Source: a virus
Lineage: Duplodnaviria; Caudoviricetes
Strand: one strand, 5' to 3'
Length of the DNA stretch: 64,000 nucleotides
IMG/VR virus record: IMGVR_UViG_3300025267_000006
Span: 41,384 to 105,383 of that record
Under the pieces are notes generated by a model that was given only the letters and a program-made list of their open reading frames with translations, did no database searches and had not been told where the DNA came from. Made by a program: the position numbers and the translations under genes. The stretch's first letter is position 1, and each line of letters starts with the position of its first letter. Positions 56,301 through 64,000 of this stretch are shown here, piece after piece.

Positions 56301-58812
56301 TATCAAAATTAGTGCCACTGGCCTGATTTATAGCGGATATCTCATAAATACCATCTATCTTAGGAGTAGTGCCTGTACTAGATAGTTTTACCCAATCACC
56401 CACCTTCAAAGTATGGGCAGCGGAGGTAGTTAACCTCGTTGTATCTCCAGTATCAGCTACACTAGCAATGGTTACAGCGATTGAAGGTAAAAACTCCGTA
56501 GAGTCTCCAGCAAAGGGCGAAACACGGTAATCCTGATCGAAATTCAGCCCAGAATGGGCCATTGGAGTATTAATACCGAAATCCTCTTTAATGTTGTCAG
56601 CCATACCCCCAGTAGCCATAGTTCGAGTATTAAAACGAACCTCAGCATACCAATGCGGAATAGGCCCAGGTGCGCCTCTATCCCATGTCCAGTGTTCCCT
56701 ATCTAGACCATTACCTGAAGAAGAATCAACATTAATAGTAGCAGTCGTACCAGCACTACCAGTATCCCAGTTCTGCCAATCGCCATTAGTAGCATCCCAA
56801 TAATACCAACCCAAATATTGAGAATAATTAGGTATTCCAGTCACAACAAAACCAGATTCACCTGACTCGGTCACCGTCAAATCTCCAGTTATACTCGCCG
56901 TTATGTCTATGGTGAAAGTAGTAGTGTTGACAACTGTAACCGCATAAGGCTTAGAATCAACCGAAGTTCCGGCATCGTTGGTGATTTTACCCAAAAAATT
57001 ATCAATTATAGGTTCACAATCGGAACCCGCTATAAGTACATAATCTCCAGTAGCCAATCCATGAACATCATCGGTTGAAATTTTAATGTCGTCGCCAGTA
57101 CTGGTTCCTATAAAAGAAATAGAGAGTTTCGATCCTTGAGTAGCATGAAGCTCAAAACCACTATGAGGCTCCTCAGTACCTAGGAACCACTTTTCTTGCC
57201 TACTTGCACAAAAAGTAGAAGATTCGGAATTTCCATCACTCCACAAAACTCTCACATTTGAGGTGTTTCTCCCCTCATCACTCCACGTCCCCCCAGCATC
57301 CATATCAGCATCTGTAGGAGTCGTGTATTTCCAAATAGCATCGGGGAATACTGAATCCGTACTACGAAAATCACGGACCAGAGTCTTTATTCCCCTGCGG
57401 GAATCGGTAGAATCTGATCGATCAGTGTAAAGTTTTAATGTTGCTATCCGTCCCCGGGTTGTAATAGAAGCAACTCCCACTCTTACCCAATATCTATAAG
57501 TACTGTCTACCAAACCATGAGCGGTTCCAGCACTTACCCCCATATCCTCATCAAACCCCTCACTCTCTACCTCATCACCCTTAACCAAAACACCACTACT
57601 ATTAATATTAGATGTAGCCTTATCAGTATTGGCACTTGTGTCATATACATAATTCGTTCCCGCACCAAAATTTAAAGCTAAATCTTTGGTAGCTGCTAGA
57701 TCCCGTCGTTGCCAGTTATATAGACGAGTGTGGTCCCAAGCGGTGTACCCATAGTTATCATTAGCAATAGCCTCGAAATTATTATCATGATGGGGAGTGA
57801 AATTGTGCCAAGCAGTTCCGTCCCAATACTGCCAGGTCATTGACCCATAATCACTATCTTCCATAGAATTTCCACGTTGGTGGAACGTATAAGTAACTCC
57901 ATTGAATTTAGAATTACTTCCTATGTACAACATGTTATACGCAGCAGAATTATGTAAGGGTATGAAAGCCGCTTCACCCTCGTTTATGTCGGCAGTAAAA
58001 TCTTTCCAATGACGAGTAAATGTAGTTGCCTGATTTATTCCTAAATCAGGTCTCACATACGTATCACTAACAGTACCCAGAACCATCAAATCTTGTTGAT
58101 TATCAGCAGATGCCAGATCCTGGATAGCCTCTAATCCAGTTTTTATTCCCCTATAGTCGTACTTAAAGGGAGTATCTGGATTAAGGGCACCGGGGCCACT
58201 CGTGCTTACACTATCATCAGTCCAGTTATCCTTGGTAGCATACTTAGAGGTTAATTTTTCTATATAGTTAGATGGATCTGTCTTTACTCTGGATAAAAGA
58301 GTTCTAATGTGATCCACATAAACCAGAAAAACGTTCGAATTTACAGTAAAAGAAAGAGCCGTGTTTCGATAAGTCTCGTTATATAGAATCTGATTTACAA
58401 TATGAGTTCTTGATTTCCCAGAATAGCTTCCACCGTCTCCATCAGCCACAACTGTTCTATCAGAAATATCTCCCAGATAATCAACGCAAGTTATATGTAA
58501 TTCAGATCGACCAAATTCTGGGCGTATATCTACTATCCTGCCAGAAAAAATAACTAGCCCAAATTCATCTAAAACTCGTACCCTGTGCATCACAGAATAG
58601 ATATTGTCTTTAAAATTCTGAGGGTTACTTATGGCGACCCTGCATACACGACCACGCAAACCAAGGCTATCTGAAATAGAGACAGTTACAAGAGCATCTT
58701 CTGTAATCCACCCCTCTGAACCTTTAAGAGTCAGATTGGATGGGTAAACAGTGTCAGTCCCGTCTACTATCCGTCCCCCAGACCGTTGGAATCGTGTGCC
58801 TGAAAAAGCCAT
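53332..58812 (-). CDS. Large tail tip/baseplate hub protein with inserted beta-rich domains
   Basis: N-terminal IFSGRIVDI...ITCVDYL and later NKVVVRG...VGDLVNI hub-like motifs; Thr/Ser/Gly-rich inserts; lies after the TMP and tail genes. Confidence 0.75.
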   Translation of the reverse strand: MAFSGTRFQRSGGRIVDGTDTVYPSNLTLKGSEGWITEDALVTVSISDSLGLRGRVCRVAISNPQNFKDNIYSVMHRVRVLDEFGLVIFSGRIVDIRPEFGRSELHITCVDYLGDISDRTVVADGDGGSYSGKSRTHIVNQILYNETYRNTALSFTVNSNVFLVYVDHIRTLLSRVKTDPSNYIEKLTSKYATKDNWTDDSVSTSGPGALNPDTPFKYDYRGIKTGLEAIQDLASADNQQDLMVLGTVSDTYVRPDLGINQATTFTRHWKDFTADINEGEAAFIPLHNSAAYNMLYIGSNSKFNGVTYTFHQRGNSMEDSDYGSMTWQYWDGTAWHNFTPHHDNNFEAIANDNYGYTAWDHTRLYNWQRRDLAATKDLALNFGAGTNYVYDTSANTDKATSNINSSGVLVKGDEVESEGFDEDMGVSAGTAHGLVDSTYRYWVRVGVASITTRGRIATLKLYTDRSDSTDSRRGIKTLVRDFRSTDSVFPDAIWKYTTPTDADMDAGGTWSDEGRNTSNVRVLWSDGNSESSTFCASRQEKWFLGTEEPHSGFELHATQGSKLSISFIGTSTGDDIKISTDDVHGLATGDYVLIAGSDCEPIIDNFLGKITNDAGTSVDSKPYAVTVVNTTTFTIDITASITGDLTVTESGESGFVVTGIPNYSQYLGWYYWDATNGDWQNWDTGSAGTTATINVDSSSGNGLDREHWTWDRGAPGPIPHWYAEVRFNTRTMATGGMADNIKEDFGINTPMAHSGLNFDQDYRVSPFAGDSTEFLPSIAVTIASVADTGDTTRLTTSAAHTLKVGDWVKLSSTGTTPKIDGIYEISAINQASGTNFDIRDLAVTGTGAVTCTGYTYPPNGKSLYWTKIQWLTPTAPTNPAELVSIRTADQAHLKYYDRGKEPWKVNRGTASTFTATAAGRYGWAGTASSCQTPLDFFAMHDASTNLLESNSLSLSAVSMLSGSHTDSVTTLTLESGSAFYTQANADFPTTGSVELYDPTNGTNEIVSYTGVSSNTLTGVVRGRDGTTAVAHADNTIVSSHVKGRNQQVRYFSAHSFTVTDIAISDPVDTTATITVGHNMDPTGSYAVETFSLQSGDQVTFTGTDSTPTINAQYTITNVLTPTEDNTSKFTITHGANVTAVGGAGTCFVLSGSGLALFPTGQAAGDMAFFGAHEPFTQLRFHIYNGASLTSTAEFAVTWEYFNYAYGWSTLPDLFDGTDGFKCAPESFAEVHWSMPNNWRPGQPGMIDNTSNTAGVDHRGDWGAGQTGFYVRARISTDSGTVGVVSARQILYGPNNWDNVTKDTGTITGVTDTRHSSPQKYGLTLSSGSLAGDHTIQMLGYSVGDRPSEFVNKVVVRGQSGAYGTAVDDESVTNFHVIREKNYYDTTITNSVQAEQRANRLLNALRPGGSIESIRECHVSTQSWPVYSYNGHPQAVQVGDLVNIVIPIKGIYNESWLLASIAYDPLASACQMVLYRDLDRVIEAGASDKKVLRDLSSRTRELARASFTTLDTVVEHGMDFLPEGPSRIVGRFSYDPVGTFGSVVTSGGGAREQADDYRWNFNVYSDYAAGKSDRTQLRIDTTQVRPDIVATGTNVRQVDGAGITLLGREQITGGSNANDAAQEGSGSGDNIEGENLNVPSNAAEQTRRDHFYPEDKEATIYLRTHDQAANSAGSQLGNGLYVAHRGIFNYSDYGDDDNTSTSADGTRFPIDLHHELFVGVSGVARVTNGNNGKVSLSKILPNLKSRPMVFLQVETSRHTTQAGCYAEVDSWVTATVDSKVVFQGFRIAAKTADGTEYDETDGSGLNIMYLVVFNSSRGGRHYDGGLA

Positions 58813-58844
58813 AAATCTACTTCTCCAAAATTATAATAGTAATC

Positions 58845-59924
58845 CTATTCGGTCTCTAAATTTCTAATAATAGTCTCATTCTTAACTACCGAAAAAGTTA
58901 TGTTGAAATCCCAAATATCAGGCCTACCTCCCTTCAAACTCAATTGAAGAGATCTTATTGCCCCCCTATACCGATTACGCCCGTCATAATGCATCTTATA
59001 GTCCCAATCCCTCAGAACATGATCATCTACCCATGAATCCTCTGCGGGATAACGGTTATTACCGTATGTCAAAGCTTTTCTATTGCCATTATTGGCTGTA
59101 CTAGTAGGAGCATTATCAGTTCTCAAACGCTCTTTCCCCCGAAAATCATTAGAAGGTTCATCTCCATACCAGAACTTTTCAACATAGTTGTTTTCTTCAT
59201 CTTTTTGAGTTCTGCTATGGGCACGTCCTATGGTTAGAGACAACCAGCGATTCGGAGTCATCATATTTGTTTGTTTTTCGTCTGGATCAGTACCAACACC
59301 CTGATTACCTATCCATTGACCCCTAGCCATATCAAGCAACTGTTGCTTACGAACATGAGGTGCTCCAGAAGCCGTTTGATGGGGAGGATTGTCCCTGTCA
59401 ATAAGAGTACCCCTTAGGGTTATACTTTCAGACATCATCCCCAAATCCATAGTTAATTGATTCATTTGATAGACAACAGTAGCCATTTTTTCCATATCTT
59501 GACCCTCTTGATTCCAAAAAGGGTTTATAGCTATCAGATCCATAGGGGATGAAAGTCCCTGCCAACTATGAGTAATAGTTGAGACATCGAGTTCAAATTC
59601 AATATCCGCTGCAGTCCCGCTATAACCAGACTGGGCAGCCCTAGCTGTCTTGTCTATGACATACCTGTGGAGACTATCTTGATAATGATTGGGTTGCTGT
59701 AACTTTCCTAAATCATCGGTATTGGCTACTGTATATTGAGTATTATCGGCCTCTTCTAATATGTAATCTCCAAATTCTTCGGCCTTGGGATCATCAAGAC
59801 CAAATGCGGGCACGGCTAACGTCTGTACACCATCATTAGTAACCCAATCTTCCCAGTCACTGATAGTGGAAAGAACAACTTTCCACTCTAAACCTTTCAA
59901 TCCTTCATTTGAGACGGGAGCCAT
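58845..59924 (-). CDS. Tail protein (distal-tail-like), paralog of the adjacent gene
   Basis: ESITLRGTLID...YRGAIRSL...GGRPDIWDF. Confidence 0.6.
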   Translation of the reverse strand: MAPVSNEGLKGLEWKVVLSTISDWEDWVTNDGVQTLAVPAFGLDDPKAEEFGDYILEEADNTQYTVANTDDLGKLQQPNHYQDSLHRYVIDKTARAAQSGYSGTAADIEFELDVSTITHSWQGLSSPMDLIAINPFWNQEGQDMEKMATVVYQMNQLTMDLGMMSESITLRGTLIDRDNPPHQTASGAPHVRKQQLLDMARGQWIGNQGVGTDPDEKQTNMMTPNRWLSLTIGRAHSRTQKDEENNYVEKFWYGDEPSNDFRGKERLRTDNAPTSTANNGNRKALTYGNNRYPAEDSWVDDHVLRDWDYKMHYDGRNRYRGAIRSLQLSLKGGRPDIWDFNITFSVVKNETIIRNLETE

Positions 59925-61558
59925 TAACCTTCCCCCTCCTCTGGAGCCTCATAATCCAAAGTTCCTGATGCTGGTTTTTCATTACTCATAATCACAAAAT
60001 CCATAGACCAATCCCATATATCAGGTTTTCCCCCCACCTGAGTAAAAGACAGACTTTTTATTATCCCTCGATATATGTTGTATCCCGAATCAGGGTTTAA
60101 ATCTACCAACAGATTATTGCTGGAACTCTGATCAGTCGGATCATATATAGTTAGACAGGGATAAGATCTGGGATTTACTGGACCCGAATTACCCTTGCCC
60201 TTAAAATTCGTGTTGTCTGGACTAGAATGCAGATATCCGTTACCTTTATTAACCCCTGGTTTACCTCCCCAAAAACCGGATATCTTCAACCACTGAGTAC
60301 GACAAATATTCATCAAAACCTGTTTTCTAAGGTTGGTAGCACTTATATTGCCAGTATCTCTCATAGTTCCACTGAGCTTCATGGTCTCTTTTCTCATTCC
60401 AATGCTATATCCAAGAGTTTGAATCTGTTCGTGAAGCTTCCCATCCCAAGAAGTTTTCATCATCGGGGTTACAGTTACCATGTCATTAAACGAATGAGAA
60501 ATATCGGTCACATTCAACTGAAATTTAGTAGTAGTGGGCATCCTAGAAGGAGTTGAGTAATACTCATCGGAATGAGTTGATTTTCCTGGAAACACTACTT
60601 TGGCTCCTCTACTTGCACCAAAAGTAGCAGTACCCGTAGTAGTGCAATCAAGAGCTAAATGAGTCTTGAGATTCTGATTGGCAGTTTTGTGGGCAGTAAA
60701 TCTCAGCTTATCAAGAACAGAGTACACCTGGAATACGGAAGTAACGTCTGGAATAGTATTTACATTACCGCTCCCAATATCGACCACTAAAGAACCTAAT
60801 TTATTCACATTAAAATCTCTAGTAGTAAAGAGATCTCCAGATTCTGCCCCATGAGGCGCATTAGTGTGGATTATAGCCTCATAATTTTCTCCACTAACGG
60901 CCTCACACTTGGAGACAAGAGTTCCCCCTGTCTTAAATGAGTCCGATCTGTCAGCAAATCCATATCCGGGTATCGCTCCACCACCCGAAGATGCAGAAGC
61001 TGGGGCTATCCAATCCCATTTTGTTCTGTATATAAATTCTTGACCAGTCAATTCCGGCCCGTAATCATTATCAACTGCAAATTTACGACTTCTCGCCGCC
61101 TGAGATCCAGTAGTCCAGGCCGCCTGATGAGTTCCCTTATGAGTTACATAATGGTAGGGAAGACCATACATCTTACGAGGGTCATCATCGTCAAAAAACC
61201 ACACCACCTCACCCCCCGCCCCTCTAGCACTTGCATCAAAACCAATTACTGATGCACTTGTTTCTGGGTGTCCAGTTGTGGCCCTTAAATAAAAATCGCT
61301 CCCATTGAAATAGCTGGTACTGAGATGTCCTGGGTAATTCGATACTCGATAAACATTGCCGTTTAAACCAGGCTCTAAACTATCGGCTATCTGTATGTGA
61401 GTTCCATTCGGTATGCACAAACCATTACTAAGCTGTATCAGTGGTATCTGAGACGTGGCCCCATATCCATTAGCGATATGAATAGCAGTAATATCTGCAC
61501 GTACTCCCATCCATGCATCACTAGCCGCCTGTAAAATTACTTTAGTTTCACCAGCCAT
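59924..61558 (-). CDS. Tail protein (distal-tail-like) with N-terminal extension
   Basis: ETMKLSGTMRD...YRGIIKSL...GGKPDIWDW; directly after the TMP. Confidence 0.6.
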   Translation of the reverse strand: MAGETKVILQAASDAWMGVRADITAIHIANGYGATSQIPLIQLSNGLCIPNGTHIQIADSLEPGLNGNVYRVSNYPGHLSTSYFNGSDFYLRATTGHPETSASVIGFDASARGAGGEVVWFFDDDDPRKMYGLPYHYVTHKGTHQAAWTTGSQAARSRKFAVDNDYGPELTGQEFIYRTKWDWIAPASASSGGGAIPGYGFADRSDSFKTGGTLVSKCEAVSGENYEAIIHTNAPHGAESGDLFTTRDFNVNKLGSLVVDIGSGNVNTIPDVTSVFQVYSVLDKLRFTAHKTANQNLKTHLALDCTTTGTATFGASRGAKVVFPGKSTHSDEYYSTPSRMPTTTKFQLNVTDISHSFNDMVTVTPMMKTSWDGKLHEQIQTLGYSIGMRKETMKLSGTMRDTGNISATNLRKQVLMNICRTQWLKISGFWGGKPGVNKGNGYLHSSPDNTNFKGKGNSGPVNPRSYPCLTIYDPTDQSSSNNLLVDLNPDSGYNIYRGIIKSLSFTQVGGKPDIWDWSMDFVIMSNEKPASGTLDYEAPEEGEG

Positions 61559-61560
61559 GT

Positions 61561-64000
61561 CTAACCCACTGTATTAAGATAGGCTATCTCATCCGTAGCC
61601 CCCGATTGAGTAATGCTCTTAATTATGTCTCCGGGAGAAAAAGTACTACTGATACTTATATTAAATACTTGATTAGTTCCCCCACCACTTCCCTGATTTT
61701 GCCTCTGACTGCGGGGGATCACTTGCTCACCACCCTGCAACATAGCTGGAATTTGAGAACCCGGCCCCCCAGGGACAATACCACCCGTATGCCACGTGGG
61801 TATTTGATAAGATTCGGGATTGTCTATTTTAAACCCCCAATCTGTGAATGGAATTTTTATTAGACCGATAGTATTATTCCATTTCTCTATAAGCCACAGT
61901 ATAGCCTTATTTATTCCTCCAATAAGAAGATTAACCATGTCCTTCAATGTGTCTTTGATACTACTCCACGACAGATCGGGCAGCGAAATACCAGCCATGA
62001 AGGTCTTTAAAGCATTATATTTTTCCTTTAACCAGTTTATGGGTCTCATGGCCTGATCTTTTACCATTGAACCCATTAATTTGAGTATATCTCCTACACC
62101 TAGCTCCAACTCATATATATATTTCCCGTCCTCTTTACCTTTATACGACTTAGTCCCACCAAACTTGTCCTGAAGCTTGCCCATCTCCGACCAAGTACCT
62201 TCAACCTGAATTTTAAAAAGATCTCCGATAGATCCCATAACATCTATACTTTTTAGTTTGTCTATCATGTTGGGAATTATCCCAGCAATGCCCGTCTTGT
62301 CACTCCAACTACCCCAGAGACCCTTTGCCCATTCCTTTACCGACGTACCCACATCTCCAGCAAAATCTGTAGTAGCTGCCCAGACCTCTTTTACTTTATC
62401 TACAATCTCAGACCACGATGGAATCTTACCGGGCAACGTCTCAGTAAAGAATGTTTTAACCCCATCCCAAATTTTCTGAGCGAATTCTTTCACCTTTCCT
62501 GCAATATCCATTGCAACACCAAATACCTTCTCAAGAGCACCCAGAATTCCTGAACCCTTTGTAAAAGTTGTGATTGTCTTTCCACCGGGCATCTCATATT
62601 CAACTTCCTTTGAAAAACTACCCATACCAGGTATCATTCCAGGAAGAGTCTCAGTGAACCATTTTTTAACCCCATTCCATATGTCTACCGCTTTTTGCTT
62701 TATTATTCCAGCAATGTCTCCCATACCGCTTATTATGTCACCAAGACTGGGAATATCTGGAAGTATGCCAGTTATAGAGGGAGATACAGCTTTACCGTCC
62801 CCATCTTTACCAGTAAAGAATCCCTTAATGGCATTCCACACACCCGTGGCTGCGCCCCATACCGTGCCAAAAATATCTATATCAAGTAACTTTGGGAACC
62901 AATTCAAGGGATTTAGCTTACTAAGTATGCCAGGGATGGAGGGAGATGCTTGTTTGCCTTCCGAATCTGTGCCAGTAAAGAACCCCGTAATAGCTCCCCA
63001 TGCTGACGAAGCTGCATTTGAAATAAAGCTCGCAATTCCCGCACCAAAATCCGTCAACTTGGGAAACCAATTAAGAGGATTTAATTTAGAAAGTATGCCG
63101 GGGATAGAAGGAGATACTTCTTCTCCATCAGCACCTGTTCCTGTAAAGAATCCAGAGATAGACCCCCATACTGCCGAAGCAGCGTCCTTAATTTTACCTC
63201 CAATGGCTCCAAAAATACCCCAATTTATTTTCCCGATCCAACCAAAAAGAAAATCTCTGACACCGCCCGACTCATCGGATATATTTGTCATAAATCCTTC
63301 AGTATCTTTTTTAATATTGGGAAGAATACTGAACTTATACATGATATTCGACCATCTACTCCAAAAAGACTTACCAGTATTCTTCTCCTTATCCACAAAC
63401 TTGGTTAAACCCGTTTCAGTTTTGTCGGCCTCCGATTCCATATTTGAGACAAATTCTCGTACTTTGCTGCCTATAGCAACAAAAGGTTTTGCAAGATTTT
63501 GCAGATCTGTCTTAGCTTGATGCTTGGTTTGTGCCCAAGCCTCTTTATGGGTTCCCGTTTCACCAGTAATACTTTCCTCTTTTGCTTTCTTTTCCTTCTG
63601 TTTCCTCTCTGCCCTATATTCCTTAAGTGTCGTGTCTTTCTGTAATGGATTTGCGTTTTTAAAGGCTACAACGATTATATCCAAAAGAAATCTTCCAAAA
63701 CCATTTAAAATCCTAGCGTAGATATCCATAAAAATGAATTTATACCAACTACCAAGTGCCGACAGTAATGGCCCTATATCTCCATCTAAAGCCTTACCAA
63801 TAGCACTAGATATCTTCATAATCTGTGGCATAACAGAGGACATCATCCACTGAATAAATTTCATCATATAAGGAAGAAGTGGCATCAATAGCATATCCAC
63901 CATGACACCAGCAATTTTCCAGAACTGGGCCGCTACCCCAGTAAAAATAGAACTGCTACCAAGAGCTTTAGAGAGTATGCTCATTATCCCGGTTATAGCC
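61561..64000 (-). CDS. Tape measure protein (5' end probably outside window)
   Basis: Trp/Phe-periodic amphipathic repeats; C-terminal HTGGIVPG...AMLQGGEQVIPR; the frame stays open to base 64000. Confidence 0.85.
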   Translation of the reverse strand, partial: AITGIMSILSKALGSSSIFTGVAAQFWKIAGVMVDMLLMPLLPYMMKFIQWMMSSVMPQIMKISSAIGKALDGDIGPLLSALGSWYKFIFMDIYARILNGFGRFLLDIIVVAFKNANPLQKDTTLKEYRAERKQKEKKAKEESITGETGTHKEAWAQTKHQAKTDLQNLAKPFVAIGSKVREFVSNMESEADKTETGLTKFVDKEKNTGKSFWSRWSNIMYKFSILPNIKKDTEGFMTNISDESGGVRDFLFGWIGKINWGIFGAIGGKIKDAASAVWGSISGFFTGTGADGEEVSPSIPGILSKLNPLNWFPKLTDFGAGIASFISNAASSAWGAITGFFTGTDSEGKQASPSIPGILSKLNPLNWFPKLLDIDIFGTVWGAATGVWNAIKGFFTGKDGDGKAVSPSITGILPDIPSLGDIISGMGDIAGIIKQKAVDIWNGVKKWFTETLPGMIPGMGSFSKEVEYEMPGGKTITTFTKGSGILGALEKVFGVAMDIAGKVKEFAQKIWDGVKTFFTETLPGKIPSWSEIVDKVKEVWAATTDFAGDVGTSVKEWAKGLWGSWSDKTGIAGIIPNMIDKLKSIDVMGSIGDLFKIQVEGTWSEMGKLQDKFGGTKSYKGKEDGKYIYELELGVGDILKLMGSMVKDQAMRPINWLKEKYNALKTFMAGISLPDLSWSSIKDTLKDMVNLLIGGINKAILWLIEKWNNTIGLIKIPFTDWGFKIDNPESYQIPTWHTGGIVPGGPGSQIPAMLQGGEQVIPRSQRQNQGSGGGTNQVFNISISSTFSPGDIIKSITQSGATDEIAYLNTVG
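62740..63185 (-). repeat. Three tandem ~55-aa repeats within the TMP
   Basis: W..I.GFFTG....G...SPSI.GIL occurs three times; SKLNPLNWFPKL occurs twice. Confidence 0.8.

Noticed and set aside
62570-63520. 316-aa plus-strand ORF and other antisense ORFs in the track
   Set aside because: They are shadows of repetitive or codon-biased minus-strand genes and have no recognisable motifs.
1-64000. tRNA genes (including tRNA-Sec) and intrinsic terminators
   Set aside because: Intergenic gaps are short and I saw no convincing cloverleaf or hairpin-plus-U-tract, including at the convergent junction 13486/13493. tRNAscan-SE and ARAGORN would be needed to exclude them.

Overview
The window is part of a large tailed-phage (Caudoviricetes) genome and is cut mid-gene at both ends. 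Bases 1-13.5 kb (+ strand) hold early/accessory genes: a C5 DNA methyltransferase, four sigma70-region-4-like HTH proteins (three Cys-rich), a GHKL ATPase-zincin, an ADP-ribosyltransferase-like protein, DUF1599 and a HARP-SNF2 helicase. Bases 13.5-64 kb (- strand), in reading order, hold tape measure and tail genes, a replication/recombination operon (DnaB, primase, SSB, beta-clamp, PolA, RecA, Cas4-like, RuvC, class II RNR), two giant polyproteins, terminase, portal and further large proteins. Two results stand out. (1) A probable virion cargo-loading system: a ~60-70 aa module (KS.D.PELMTLL...EYLxKQ...PPEKRxY...HxGPxxGRFxIIGxE) recurs five times, each time in front of a different enzyme domain (CCA-adding/HD, two ADP-ribosyltransferase-like domains, GP88-like, topoisomerase IB). 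Its LxKQ-ending helix recurs on a kinase-bearing protein, a second loop-less (CC-adding-type) nucleotidyltransferase and an unannotated 55-aa ORF. (2) A glutaredoxin near nrdJ has an in-frame TGA at the first redox-Cys position (U-G-P-C) followed by a SECIS-like hairpin, so it is a probable phage selenoprotein missed by the ORF track. All domain calls come from motif recognition by eye; no searches were run, so novelty is unverified.
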